Positions 27,341-37,469 are shown, numbered from the stretch's first letter. The stretch: 64,000 nt of DNA from an uncultured Bacillota bacterium (GCA_963804645.1 CAWDRG010000009.1:648314-712313); one strand, 5' to 3'. A program made the numbers and translations. Notes: a model not told the origin generated them from the letters alone.

Positions 27341-28960
27341 GTGGCCATCGCGTGGTACAGGACGAAGTGGTTCCGGGTCGGCGGCATCGTCCTCCTGCTC
27401 GGGCTGCTCGGGGCCGCCGCGGTGCCGTTGCTCGTCCCGGTCGACCGCGTCAGGCCGATGCTGATCCGGACGCTCGAGGCCAAGATTCAACGCCCGGTCC
27501 AGATCGACGCGGTGCGGCTTCATGTGGTGCCGACGGTGTATCTGCAGGCCATCAACGTCCGGATCGGAAACCCGCCGGGATTCCCGCAGGGCGACACGGT
27601 CCTCGTGAAGTCCGTCGATCTCAACCTTGCGCTGCGCGCGCTGCTGTCGCGCGAGCTGGACATCACGTCCATGACCCTGAGCGGCGTGCGCATGAATGTG
27701 CTCCGAGACACGACCGGGCGAACGAACTTGGAGCTGCATCTCCGAGGGGGCCTGCTGAAGCTTGGTCGCGTGGGCGCGATCGCGGTGACGAACGCGGAGA
27801 TCGCCGTGGCCGGCTTCGACGCGCACACGGGGAAGGTCACACCCCTACTCACGGTGAGCGGAGTGAGCGCCAGCGCGCGTCCCATCGATCTGACCGCGCC
27901 CGATCCGACGAAGCAGCTCGACGCGACCGCCGTCCTGCGGGGCGCGCAGATCACGACGCCGTTGCTGGCCGCCCCGGTGCGGTTCGACGCGGGCACCCTC
28001 GTCATCAAGGACGGCGCGGCGCGCGCCACGTTCGCCGCCGCCCTCGGTCCGATGCGCATGACGGGAACGGTCGCGATCGCCGAGCTCGAGCCACTCTCGG
28101 TGATCATGTTCGACGTCGCGGTTCCCGAGCTCGATGTCGCCGGCATGAAGCGGCTCGTGATCCGCGGTGCGCGCGGTGCTTTCGCCGTCGCGCCGGCTCG
28201 GCGCCTCCTCGCGAGCGGTATGATCGCCATTGACCGGGTCGTCCTGTCTCCGCTCGAGGCGACCGGGGTGCGCGGTCGGGTGAGCGTCTACACGAACGAG
28301 ATTCAAGTGGCTCCGTATGCGCTCTCCGCCTACGGCGGGACGATCCGGGGCGCGGCCTCGCTGCAGTATACCGCCGCGGGCCTGCCCGTGGTCGCGACCA
28401 CGACGGTGCGCGGCCTCAACGTGGCACGGGCGGTGAGCGCCCTCTCGGCCGGGGACGCGAGGCTGACGGGGTCGCTCGACGCGGACCTCGGGCTGGCGAC
28501 CGACGCCGGAGGGGATCCCGAGGCGGTCCTGACGGGGGCGGGGACGTTTGCCGTGCGCGACGGCTCGTTCCCGAGACTGGAACTCAAGGGTGCGATGGTG
28601 AAGTTCGCCACGGCGGTGCGCCTGATCACCGTGCCCGCGGGGCCCACGCGGTTCAGCTACCTCGGCGGAGACGTGCGCATCGCGCACCGGCGAGTGTACA
28701 GCAACGCCATTCGCCTCGATGGGGACGGGCTCGAAGGCACGGTCCGGGGCAGCTTCGGCTTCGATCAGACCCTGGATTACTCGGGGACGGGTGCCTTGAG
28801 CACTCCGCCATCGGCCCCGTCGAAGGGCGTCCTCTCGGCGGTGGGGCGGCTGCTGCGCAAGGTTGTGCCGGGGACGTCGGGCGCCGCCGGGAAGCAGGTC
28901 GCGTTCTCGGTGCGGGGGACGTTCGACGATCCCAAGTTCTCGCGGGGCGGCGGGCGGTAG
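27341..28960 (+). CDS. AsmA-family protein (outer-membrane biogenesis, diderm marker)
   Basis: GTG start with an AAGGA RBS. N-terminal TM anchor (WFRVGGIVLLLGLLGAAAVPLLV) followed by a long periplasmic beta-rich domain with repeated ...VR.NV.. segments typical of the AsmA/TamB fold. Confidence 0.7.
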   Translation: MAIAWYRTKWFRVGGIVLLLGLLGAAAVPLLVPVDRVRPMLIRTLEAKIQRPVQIDAVRLHVVPTVYLQAINVRIGNPPGFPQGDTVLVKSVDLNLALRALLSRELDITSMTLSGVRMNVLRDTTGRTNLELHLRGGLLKLGRVGAIAVTNAEIAVAGFDAHTGKVTPLLTVSGVSASARPIDLTAPDPTKQLDATAVLRGAQITTPLLAAPVRFDAGTLVIKDGAARATFAAALGPMRMTGTVAIAELEPLSVIMFDVAVPELDVAGMKRLVIRGARGAFAVAPARRLLASGMIAIDRVVLSPLEATGVRGRVSVYTNEIQVAPYALSAYGGTIRGAASLQYTAAGLPVVATTTVRGLNVARAVSALSAGDARLTGSLDADLGLATDAGGDPEAVLTGAGTFAVRDGSFPRLELKGAMVKFATAVRLITVPAGPTRFSYLGGDVRIAHRRVYSNAIRLDGDGLEGTVRGSFGFDQTLDYSGTGALSTPPSAPSKGVLSAVGRLLRKVVPGTSGAAGKQVAFSVRGTFDDPKFSRGGGR

Positions 28961-29080
28961 CCGAGCCGGGGCCGCGTCCCAGACGATATCCACATCCCCT
29001 CACGCGGGGGCGGCGGACACCACGTACAGACGGCGAGCCGATGTGCGAGACGCGGCGGCGCGGCGCGATGACTGGGGGCT

Positions 29081-30973
29081 GTGATGCCTGGCACAGGATC
29101 TGAGGCTCCCATTCCTTCTCCCCGCGGCGCGACCCTAAGGGCGATGAGCCTCGCCGCCCTGGGTGTCGTGTTCGGCGACATCGGCACCAGCCCGCTCTAC
29201 ACCCTGAAGACGGTGCTGAACCTTACCGGCCCGCACCCCGATCCGCCCGTCATCCTCGGCGCCCTGTCGCTGATCATCTGGACCCTGATCATCGTGACCA
29301 GTCTCAAGTATGTCTCCGTCGCCATGCGGTTCGACAACGAGGGCGAAGGCGGCATTCTCGCGCTCATGGCGCTGCTGGTGCGCAAACGCAACCCCGGGCC
29401 GGTCGTGCTCGCGGTCGGGCTGCTGGGCGCCGCGCTGCTGTACGGCGACGGCGCGATTACGCCGGCGATCTCCGTCCTGTCCGCGGTCGAAGGGTTGAAC
29501 ATCATCGCGCCGTCGCTCGGCGCCTACGTCCTGCCGGCGTCCGTGGTGATTCTCGTCGCGCTGTTTTGCTTTCAGCCTCAGGGCACGGCGCGGATCGGCA
29601 GGGCGTTTGGCCCGATCATGCTGGTGTGGTTCGTGGCGATCGGCCTGCTCGGACTCTGGGGCGTCGCGCAGCATCCGTCGGTGATGCTCGCAATCAATCC
29701 GGCGTACGGCCTGTCTTATCTGTTCTCCCACGGGCGGGCCGGGTTTCTCGTGCTCGGCGGCGTGTTTCTCTGCGTGACGGGGGCTGAGGCGCTGTACGCG
29801 GACATGGGGCACTTCGGTGCCGCGCCCATCCGGCTGGCGTGGTCGGCGCTCGTCTTTCCGAGCCTGGTCCTCAACTACGCGGGGCAGACCGCGGCCGTCC
29901 TCTCGGGCGCGCCCACGTCCGACAACATCTTCTACCGCCTCTGCCCGCCCGCGCTGCTCATCCCGCTCGTTGTCCTCGCGACGGTCGCGACGATCATCGC
30001 CAGCCAGTCGATCATCACCGGCGCCGCGTCGATGACGCGCCAGGCGATCCAGCTCGGGTGGCTGCCGAGGCTGCGCATCACGCAGACGTCCGCGGAAGGG
30101 TACGGGCAGATCTACGTCGGGACCGTCAACTGGATGCTCATGATCGCCACGTGCGGGCTGGCCATCGGATTTGGCAAGTCGGACAATCTCGCGGCCGCGT
30201 ACGGGATCGCCGTATCGGCCACCATGCTGGCGACCGACGTACTCGTGTTTCTCGCGATGCAGGCGGTCTGGGACTGGAGCCTCGCGAAGGCGGGCGCCGT
30301 CGCCGGCGCGTTTGTCGTGGTGGATCTGTCGTATTTCACGGCCAACCTGGCCAAGGTCGCGTCCGGCGGATACGTGCCGCTCGTGCTGGCGCTGTTCGTG
30401 TACGGCGTCATGCTCATCTGGCATCGCGGCGCGCGGGAGGTGACGGCGCGGCTTGGGGAAGTGGTCATTCCCGTCGGCACGTTCTTGGAGAAGGTCGCAG
30501 AGGGTGGCGTCCCGCGCGTGCCGGGCACGGCCGTCTTCCTGACCCGCACCAGCTTGGATGTGCCGCCCGTCATGATCTGGCACGTTCGGCACGACCGGGC
30601 GCTGCACGAGCGGCTGCTGGTGCTGACGGTCAACACGGAGCCGGTTCCCTACATCCGGGACGCCGCGCGGCTGACGTTCGCGGAGATCGCCCCCAACTTC
30701 TGGCGCGTCTCCGCCCGCTACGGCTTCATGGAGCGGCCGGATCTTCCGGGCCTCCTGGCGCAGGCCCGGGCCGAAGGGTGCGCGATCAATTTTTCCGACA
30801 TCACGTACTACGCTGGGTTTGAGACCATCGTGGCGCGCGACGACGGCATGGGAGTCCCGAAGTGGCTTGAGATGCTGTTTGGCTTCATGCAGCGCAACTC
30901 CGTCCACGTGAGCGACTACCTGCGGATCCCGTCGGATTCACTGGTCGAGATCGGCCGCCAGGTCGCGATCTAG
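29081..30973 (+). CDS. kup: KUP/HAK/KT potassium uptake transporter
   Basis: LAALGVVFGDIGTSPLYTLK is the hallmark N-terminal Kup motif. 12 TM helices plus a cytoplasmic C-terminal domain. 630 aa. Confidence 0.9.
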   Translation: MMPGTGSEAPIPSPRGATLRAMSLAALGVVFGDIGTSPLYTLKTVLNLTGPHPDPPVILGALSLIIWTLIIVTSLKYVSVAMRFDNEGEGGILALMALLVRKRNPGPVVLAVGLLGAALLYGDGAITPAISVLSAVEGLNIIAPSLGAYVLPASVVILVALFCFQPQGTARIGRAFGPIMLVWFVAIGLLGLWGVAQHPSVMLAINPAYGLSYLFSHGRAGFLVLGGVFLCVTGAEALYADMGHFGAAPIRLAWSALVFPSLVLNYAGQTAAVLSGAPTSDNIFYRLCPPALLIPLVVLATVATIIASQSIITGAASMTRQAIQLGWLPRLRITQTSAEGYGQIYVGTVNWMLMIATCGLAIGFGKSDNLAAAYGIAVSATMLATDVLVFLAMQAVWDWSLAKAGAVAGAFVVVDLSYFTANLAKVASGGYVPLVLALFVYGVMLIWHRGAREVTARLGEVVIPVGTFLEKVAEGGVPRVPGTAVFLTRTSLDVPPVMIWHVRHDRALHERLLVLTVNTEPVPYIRDAARLTFAEIAPNFWRVSARYGFMERPDLPGLLAQARAEGCAINFSDITYYAGFETIVARDDGMGVPKWLEMLFGFMQRNSVHVSDYLRIPSDSLVEIGRQVAI

Positions 30974-31096
30974 CCACCCCGGCGCGCCGGGCCGTCCACG
31001 CGCGCGCCACCCCGTCGACGAGGATCTGGCGCGCGCGGCGCGAAGAGCCTAGCGCGGCGGCGCGGTCGGCCAAGCGCCGGCGGGAGGGTGACGGCG

Positions 31097-32728
31097 ATGC
31101 GTGAACGCAGTGCGCGACGCGAACGACACCGGTGGTTCGGCGGGGTGCTGGCCGCGGCGGCGATCCTGCTGCTCGGCGGCGCCGGCGTGGGCGCCGCGCC
31201 GGTCCCGGGCGGCACGCTCACGATCGGGCTCGATGTGGATCCGACGACCTTGGATCCCCACCAGTCCGCCGCGGCCGCCTCGTATCTCGTGGGCAGCCTC
31301 AACATCAACGAGAGCCTCCTGTACCAGGATCCCGCCGGCAAGCTCCTGCCGTGGCTCGCCACCCGGTACACCGTGTCGCCGGACGGACGGACGTTCACGT
31401 TCGATCTCCGGACCGACGTGCGCTTTTCCGACGGCGCGCCGTTCGACGCGGACGCGGTCAAATGGAACCTCGACCGCATCGTGAACCCCAACTTCCGGGC
31501 GGGCGGATCCATTACCGCCCTGGTCGGCTACACGGGGACGACGGTCGTCGACTCCCACACCGTCGAGATCAGGTTCAAGGACCCGTACGCGCCCTTCCTG
31601 TCGTACGCCGCCGCCGGCACGCTCGGCATGGTGTCGCCGAAGACGACCGCCACGCAGACGCCGGCCCAGACCGGCCGGGCGCCGGTCGGCACCGGCGCGT
31701 TCATGGCCTCGGAGTACGTGAGCGCCGACCACATCACGATGGTCCGGAACCCGTCGTTCACCCGGCGCGAGCCCTGGAGCGACCACGAGGGCCCAGCGTA
31801 CCTCGATCGCGTGATCTGGAAGATCATCCCGGAGAGCATGACCCGCGCGATCACGCTGTCGTCGGGCGAGACGCAGATGATCTACATCCTCGGCTACGGC
31901 ACGACCACCGGGTCGATTTTGAGCCAGCTGCAGCGGGATCCGCAGATCAAGGTGGACTCGTACCCGTTTCCCGGATCCGCCTACCTGTGGCTGATCAACG
32001 TGCGCAAGCCGCCGACCGACGACGTGCGGGTCCGCCAGGCGATCCTGTACGGCATCAACCGCCGGGCGATCATCGCGGCGATCTACCGGGGGCTCGGCCA
32101 GCCGGCGTGCGGGTACGTCAGCCACATCCTGCTGCCCGACCCGGTGGCGTGCGCGTCGTATCCGTACGATCCGCAGAAGGCCGGCCAGCTGCTGGACGAA
32201 GCGGGATGGAAGATGGGACCCAACCACGTGCGCGTGAAGGACGGCAAGCCGCTGCAGGTGGTCATCAACTCGCTCAACTCGGGCGGCGGCGATCTGCCGG
32301 ACATCCAGCCGGTCCAGGGCCAGCTGCTGGATCTCGGGTTCCAAGCGCAGATCAAGAGCCAGGCGTTCGGCGCCCGGACCCAGGACAACTTCACCTGCGC
32401 GGACAACTTCGGCACGATCTTCCTGCGCGCGAACGATCCCGACACGCTCTACGCGCTGTTCGGATCGGCGAACATCGGCAGCAACTTCAACTGGTCCTGC
32501 TACTCGGACCCCGAGACCGATCGGATGCTGGCCGAGGGGCGCAGCACGCTCGATCCGGCCAAGCGCCGCGCCATTTATCTCCAGCTCGACCGGACGCTGC
32601 TCGACCGCGCGGTCGCGATTCCGATGATGGACGAGCTGGCGGTGTGGGTGCGCCGGCCGAACGTGCAGGGAGTCAAGTACAACTACCTCGTCTACCCCGC
32701 GTTCAGCGACGCCTACCTCGCGAAGTAG
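31097..32728 (+). CDS. ABC transporter substrate-binding protein, family 5 (DppA/OppA/NikA-like)
   Basis: Signal peptide (WFGGVLAAAAILLLGGAGVGAAP), then TLTIGLDVDPTTLDPHQ and ...WNLDRIVNPNFRAGG..., characteristic of SBP_bac_5. Confidence 0.85.
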   Translation: MRERSARRERHRWFGGVLAAAAILLLGGAGVGAAPVPGGTLTIGLDVDPTTLDPHQSAAAASYLVGSLNINESLLYQDPAGKLLPWLATRYTVSPDGRTFTFDLRTDVRFSDGAPFDADAVKWNLDRIVNPNFRAGGSITALVGYTGTTVVDSHTVEIRFKDPYAPFLSYAAAGTLGMVSPKTTATQTPAQTGRAPVGTGAFMASEYVSADHITMVRNPSFTRREPWSDHEGPAYLDRVIWKIIPESMTRAITLSSGETQMIYILGYGTTTGSILSQLQRDPQIKVDSYPFPGSAYLWLINVRKPPTDDVRVRQAILYGINRRAIIAAIYRGLGQPACGYVSHILLPDPVACASYPYDPQKAGQLLDEAGWKMGPNHVRVKDGKPLQVVINSLNSGGGDLPDIQPVQGQLLDLGFQAQIKSQAFGARTQDNFTCADNFGTIFLRANDPDTLYALFGSANIGSNFNWSCYSDPETDRMLAEGRSTLDPAKRRAIYLQLDRTLLDRAVAIPMMDELAVWVRRPNVQGVKYNYLVYPAFSDAYLAK

Positions 32729-32743
32729 GCGCGGGCGCGCCGC

Positions 32744-33370
32744 CTAGCGGCGCTCGACCGCGAGCCGCACGCCGAGGGCGACCATGACGGTGCCGGCCGC
32801 GCCGTCGAGGGCGCGCCGCACCCGTGGGCCGAATCGCGCGGCCGCGCGGGCGACGACGGCGCCGTACAGCGTCAGCCAGGCCGTGACCATGATCACGAAG
32901 GCCGCAGTCATCGCGGCGATGCGGAGCGGTCCGTCCGAGGGCTCGATAAACTGGGGCACGATCGCGATGAAGATGACGCCGGCCTTCGGATTCAAGAGAT
33001 TCCCGAACAGCCCCTGCAGGTAGGCGTCCCGGGCGCCGAGCGGCGCCGGCCGCGCAGGGGCGGGGACCGCGGGCTCCTCGGATCTCCGGGCGGCCGCCCA
33101 GAGGCTGCGGAGACCGAGACACACGAGGAACAGCGCGCCCGCCAGCTTCAGTCCCGCGAACAGCGCCGCGGACGTCGCGAGCAGCGCCGCCAGCCCCAGG
33201 GCCGAGCACAGGCCCCAGCCGAGGATGCCGGTCCCGACGCCGAACGCGGTCGCCCGGGCCGCCCGCGCGCCGCCTTTGAACGCGTTGCGCGCGACGAGGG
33301 CCATATCTGGCCCTGGCGTCACGATCAGCACCGCCGCCACGGCGAGATAGGTCAGAAACCGCGCGTCCAT
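32744..33370 (-). CDS. LysE/RhtB-family amino-acid exporter
   Basis: 208 aa, six TM helices. The N-terminal LTYLAVAAVLIVTPGPDMALV is the LysE-type signature. Confidence 0.8.
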   Translation of the reverse strand: MDARFLTYLAVAAVLIVTPGPDMALVARNAFKGGARAARATAFGVGTGILGWGLCSALGLAALLATSAALFAGLKLAGALFLVCLGLRSLWAAARRSEEPAVPAPARPAPLGARDAYLQGLFGNLLNPKAGVIFIAIVPQFIEPSDGPLRIAAMTAAFVIMVTAWLTLYGAVVARAAARFGPRVRRALDGAAGTVMVALGVRLAVERR

Positions 33371-33486
33371 CGGACCTCCTCTGGGTCGACCCCGCTGGGC
33401 TCGGTGAGGCCAAGCATCGCAGGGCGGATGCGTCCTGTCAACGGCGGCGTCTTGCCCGCGGCCCGCGGGCCTGCCAGAATGAGCGG

Positions 33487-34299
33487 GTGAGCGGCGCCGC
33501 GCACGCCCCGGTCCTGATCGTACCGTTTCGCATCGGACAGCCGATGCCGGTGCCGCGCGTCGACGTCGAGCACGAGGTGCTGCGCCCGTCGCTCCCCGAC
33601 GGGACGCCGCAGGAGCGACTCGGGGTACTCTGCGACGCGATCGCCGCGCGCACGGCCGCGAACCCTGTGCGCGCCGTCTACATCGGCGACTGCGTGCTGA
33701 CGCTCGGCGTGCTTGCCGGACTGCAGCGGCGCGGCGTGGCGCCGGCGCTGATCTGGCTGGACGCGCACGGCGACTTCAACACGTGGGAGACCACGCCCTC
33801 GGGGTTTCTGGGAGGGATGCCGCTCGCCATGGCGGTGGGGCGCGGGGAGCAGACCATCGCGCGCGCGGTGGGCCTCCGGCCGATCCCGGAGGACCGGATC
33901 GTGCTGGTTGACGGTCGAGATCTGGATCCTGGCGAAGCGCGGGCGATCGCGGAGTCGCGGGTGGCTCACGTGACCGTGCCCCGGCTCCTCGAGATGCCGC
34001 TGCCCGCGGGGCCGCTGTACGTGCACCTGGATGTCGACGTCGTCGATCCGGGGGAAATGCCCGCGGTGAGCTATCGCGCCTCGGGCGGACCCTCGGCCGA
34101 GACGGTGCGCGACGCGGTCGCGCGGCTCGCCTCGGCGGGGGACATCGCCGCGTTCTCCATGACGCTCTGGGAGCCCGGGCTCGCCGGAGCGGACCGGTCG
34201 GAGGCCGCGGCGGCGGGGCTCGCGCGGCCGATGCTGGGGAGGGGCGCTACGTCTTCGGCTTCGCCGCCTTCGTCTGGCGCTCGTCCAGCAGGGCCTTGA
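33487..34299 (+). CDS. arginase-family enzyme (arginase / agmatinase / formimidoylglutamase)
   Basis: Binuclear-metal motifs DAHGDFN and HLDVDVVDP (DxDxxDP) plus the SxDxD-like region. GTG start. The C-terminus overlaps the convergent decarboxylase-family gene and may be over-extended. Confidence 0.7.
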   Translation: MSGAAHAPVLIVPFRIGQPMPVPRVDVEHEVLRPSLPDGTPQERLGVLCDAIAARTAANPVRAVYIGDCVLTLGVLAGLQRRGVAPALIWLDAHGDFNTWETTPSGFLGGMPLAMAVGRGEQTIARAVGLRPIPEDRIVLVDGRDLDPGEARAIAESRVAHVTVPRLLEMPLPAGPLYVHLDVDVVDPGEMPAVSYRASGGPSAETVRDAVARLASAGDIAAFSMTLWEPGLAGADRSEAAAAGLARPMLGRGATSSASPPSSGARPAGP

Positions 34300-34636
34300 G
34301 CGTCCCGAACGCGTCATTGACCACGGGATACCCGGCGTAGAGCGCGACCTGCTTAAACATCGCGATCAGTTCCGCGGGCGTGACGCCGATGTTGAGGGCG
34401 CCGCGGAGATGGTTCTCGGCGTTCCGCCCGAGTGCGATGAGCACCGCGCAGGTCATGAGGCTCCGGGTGCGCAGCTCGATGGTCTCGTCGCCGTACACCC
34501 CGCCGTAGGCGTGCTCGGTGATGAAGTCCGCATACCCCGGGTCAAGGGCGCGGAACACCGCGATGCCGCCCTCGCGGTCAGGCCAGAGGCGCCGACGTAT
34601 CGCGCGTCCGCGCTCCAGCAGCTCCTGGTCCGTCAT
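34247..34636 (-). CDS. carboxymuconolactone-decarboxylase-family protein (AhpD-like fold)
   Basis: 129 aa. LRTRSLMTCAVLIALGR...HLRGALNIGVTPAELIAMF is the family core. GGAGGAGGG RBS. Confidence 0.8.
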   Translation of the reverse strand: MTDQELLERGRAIRRRLWPDREGGIAVFRALDPGYADFITEHAYGGVYGDETIELRTRSLMTCAVLIALGRNAENHLRGALNIGVTPAELIAMFKQVALYAGYPVVNDAFGTLKALLDERQTKAAKPKT

Positions 34637-34697
34637 CCCGCCCTCCTCCTGCCCCGGCTCGTCGCGACGCGCACGTGGGCGAGCGCGTGGCCGCCTC

Positions 34698-35159
34698 TCA
34701 GAACAACTGCCGCTTCCCGAGGAGCGCCCGCAGCGTGGTCATCTTGCCGATGTGGTACCCGCGGTGGACGCACGCGCTCACCATCAACTCACCGACGTTG
34801 GAGTAGGAGCGTCCCTCGCTCGGGGTCGGCGTGTCGTAGTCCGCGGTGGCGGCCGCCTTGAGGAGCGCCTCGTGCGTCCGCTCGAATGCCTGCCGCACCT
34901 CGGCGAGCGGCGGGTACTCGGCCCGACCGCCCGTGCCCCGCTTGAAGAGGGTCGCGTACGATCCCGGCAGCTCGACCGGGACCCCCGCGAGCGTGACCCA
35001 CCCGGCCTCGGTCAGCGTGATGTGCCCGAGCTGCCAGATGACCGGCGTGAGCCCGGCGATCACCCGGCCCGCCTCCTCGTCGGTCAGATCCGCCGTGCAC
35101 AGCTGCACGCGCTCGTGCGTGCTGAGAATCCCTCGGGCGGGCATCGAATTGGCGTTCAT
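34698..35159 (-). CDS. DinB_2-family (DinB/YfiT-like, MDMPI-fold) protein, paralog 1
   Basis: LSTHERVQLCTADLTDEEAGRVIAGLTPVIWQLGHIT. Start trimmed to MNANSM with a GGAAAGGACGG RBS. Confidence 0.75.
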   Translation of the reverse strand: MNANSMPARGILSTHERVQLCTADLTDEEAGRVIAGLTPVIWQLGHITLTEAGWVTLAGVPVELPGSYATLFKRGTGGRAEYPPLAEVRQAFERTHEALLKAAATADYDTPTPSEGRSYSNVGELMVSACVHRGYHIGKMTTLRALLGKRQLF

Positions 35160-35214
35160 AGAGTCCCGTCCTTTCCGGCACACGGATGGCCGTGCGTACA
35201 GCCCGGAGTGGAGT

Positions 35215-35676
35215 CTATCCGAACAGCCGCTTCTTCTCGAGGAGCGCCCGCAGCGTGGTCATCTTGCCGATGTGGTACGCGCGGTGGACGCACGCGCCGA
35301 CCAGCATCTCGCCCACGTTCGAGTAGCCGCGGCCTTCGACGGGGGTGGCCAGGTTTCCGGAGGCGGCGATCGTGAGGAGCGCCTGGTGCGTCGCCTCGAA
35401 GGCCGCCCGCACGTCGGCGAGCGGCGGGTACTTCGCCTGTCCGCCCGTGCCCATTTTGAAGAGAGCCTCGTACGACGACGGCACCTCGACCGGGACGCCG
35501 CCCCGTTTCGCGTAGCCTACCTCGGTCATCGCGACGTGCCCGACCTGCCAGATCATCGGCGTGAGTCCGACGACCACGCGCCCCGCTTCTTCGTCGCTCA
35601 GGTCGGCGGTGCACAACTGGACGCGCTCGTGCGTGTTGAGGAGGCCGCGCGTGAGCCCGGCTCTATAGTCGTCCAT
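35215..35676 (-). CDS. DinB_2-family protein, paralog 2 (tandem duplicate)
   Basis: LNTHERVQLCTADLSDEEAGRVVVGLTPMIWQVGHVA. About 65% identical to the upstream paralog, with an identical RBS context. Confidence 0.75.
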   Translation of the reverse strand: MDDYRAGLTRGLLNTHERVQLCTADLSDEEAGRVVVGLTPMIWQVGHVAMTEVGYAKRGGVPVEVPSSYEALFKMGTGGQAKYPPLADVRAAFEATHQALLTIAASGNLATPVEGRGYSNVGEMLVGACVHRAYHIGKMTTLRALLEKKRLFG

Positions 35677-35751
35677 CTGGGTCCGTCCTTTCCGGCACCC
35701 GGGGGTGCCCGTCGACGTGATCGGCGCGCCGAGGGCGGCGGCCGACCCGGC

Positions 35752-36861
35752 CTACTGGACCTGCGCGCGGGCCGCGACGGCCCACGTCTCCTGTACGACA
35801 CCTCCGCGGGCGACGACAAGGCGTTCGGCGAGGTTGACGGTGGGGCAGACGTGCGCGGGCAGGACGTGGACCAGATCCCCGACCCTGAGGCGGCGCGCGT
35901 CCTCGGTCAGCTGCACGCGTCCGTGCTCCTCCCAGAGGCGGTCGATCTGACAGTCCGGGTAATCGAGCAGCATCCCATGGCTCGGGCCTAGGCTGCTGTA
36001 GGGTCCGAACTCGCTCGTCAGCACCTTGCTGCCCGCGTCCAGGACCGCGACGTCGCGGGAGGGACGGCTGATCACGCGGGCGAGCACGGTGAGGGCGCAC
36101 TCGTCAAGCGTGGCCGATCCCCACTGCACCTGCATCGCGTCGTTGAACACGTACGTGCCGGGGCGGATCTCCGTGACGCCCTGCACGCGCGCCGCCGGCC
36201 GGCCGGTCGGCGTGGAGCCGACGCTGACCTCCGCGATCGGAAACCCCGCGGCGCGGAGGCGCTCCGCCTCGCGCACCATGATCTCCCCTTCTTCGCGCCC
36301 CGCCGCGTCCAGATCGGGGAGATACCCGCGGTAGGTGAAGATGCCCGCGATGCGCAGGCCGCGGAGGCGCGCGATCCCGCGGGCCAGCTCCAGCAGCGGC
36401 GCTCCCGGCGCCGCGCCGCAGCGGCCCAGGCCCGAGTCGACCTCCAGCATCACTTCGAGCTCGAGCCCGGCGTGCGCGGCAGCGGCCGCGAGCGGCTCGG
36501 CGCTCTCCAGGCTGTCCACGCCCACGCGGACGCGGATGTCGCGGGCCAGCGCGATCAGGCGCGGCAGTTTGGGGCCGCCGATGATTTCGTAGGCGAGGAA
36601 GACGTCCCGGACGCCGGCGGCGGCCATCACCTCGACCTCCCCGGTCTTCGCGAGCGTGAGCCCGACGGCGCCCGCGTCGAGCTGCCGGCGCGCGATCTCC
36701 ACGCACTTATGCGTCTTGCCGTGCGGACGCAGCTTGACGCCCGCGTCCCTGGCGTACGCCGCCCACCGGGCGATGTTGCGCTCGAGCCGGTCGAGGTCCA
36801 CGACCAGCGACGGCGTGTCGAGCAGGTCTACGCCCCGCGAGGGGGCCGCGACCGCCGGCAT
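35752..36861 (-). CDS. alanine-racemase-N-domain / D-serine-dehydratase-like (DSD1 family, PLP fold-type III) enzyme
   Basis: MPAVAAPSRGVDLLDTPSLVVDLDRLERNIARWAAYARDAGVKLRPHGKTHKCVEIARRQ shows the PLP-lysine HGKTHK context. The track ORF runs to 37368 through the upstream gene; it was trimmed to M170. The TGATG overlap with the nitroreductase gene indicates translational coupling. Confidence 0.75.
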   Translation of the reverse strand: MPAVAAPSRGVDLLDTPSLVVDLDRLERNIARWAAYARDAGVKLRPHGKTHKCVEIARRQLDAGAVGLTLAKTGEVEVMAAAGVRDVFLAYEIIGGPKLPRLIALARDIRVRVGVDSLESAEPLAAAAAHAGLELEVMLEVDSGLGRCGAAPGAPLLELARGIARLRGLRIAGIFTYRGYLPDLDAAGREEGEIMVREAERLRAAGFPIAEVSVGSTPTGRPAARVQGVTEIRPGTYVFNDAMQVQWGSATLDECALTVLARVISRPSRDVAVLDAGSKVLTSEFGPYSSLGPSHGMLLDYPDCQIDRLWEEHGRVQLTEDARRLRVGDLVHVLPAHVCPTVNLAERLVVARGGVVQETWAVAARAQVQ

Positions 36862-37469
36862 CAGCGGGCGGCCCGCGCGCCTTCGGGGCCGGTCATCCAG
36901 ACGGTCTTCGCCGCGCCCGGCGCGCGCTTCCGCTGCGGCACGTCGACCGGGTAGCCGACGTACAGCATGCCGATGATGCGCTGGTCCGGCGTCACGCCGA
37001 GGTACTCCCGGAGCGGGCCGTAGCTGCGAAACTCGCCGGAGCGGAAGTAGGTGCCCACCCCGTCGCTCCAGGCGGCGAGCATCACCGCGTACGCCGCGCC
37101 GAAGGTGGACCAGACGTCTTCTTCGCCGAGCTCCGGATCGCTCGACGGCTTGACGGCGAACACGATGATCGCCCCCACATCGGCGGCGCCCGCGTAGGCC
37201 TTGTCCAGTACGGCCTGCGCCTCCGGCGCGCCAGGGTTCGGGAGCTTCGTACGCTGAAAGTCGCGCCGGAGCTCGGCGAACCTCCGCTTGGCGTCGCCCT
37301 CCAGCACGTAGAACGTCCACGGCTCCGTGACGCGGTGGTTGGGGACCCACACCGCGGCATCGAGCCACTGCTCGATCATCGCGCGGGGCACCGGATCTGG
37401 CTTCATGCGTGAGACGCTCCGCCGGGTGCGGATTGCGTCCAAGACGGTCGCGCTAGCCTGTCGGTCCAT
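36861..37469 (-). CDS. nitroreductase-family protein
   Basis: MDRQASATVLDAIRTRRSVSRMKPDPVPRAMIEQWLDAAVWVPNHRVTEPWTFYVL is a classic nitroreductase N-terminus. 202 aa. Confidence 0.8.
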   Translation of the reverse strand: MDRQASATVLDAIRTRRSVSRMKPDPVPRAMIEQWLDAAVWVPNHRVTEPWTFYVLEGDAKRRFAELRRDFQRTKLPNPGAPEAQAVLDKAYAGAADVGAIIVFAVKPSSDPELGEEDVWSTFGAAYAVMLAAWSDGVGTYFRSGEFRSYGPLREYLGVTPDQRIIGMLYVGYPVDVPQRKRAPGAAKTVWMTGPEGARAAR

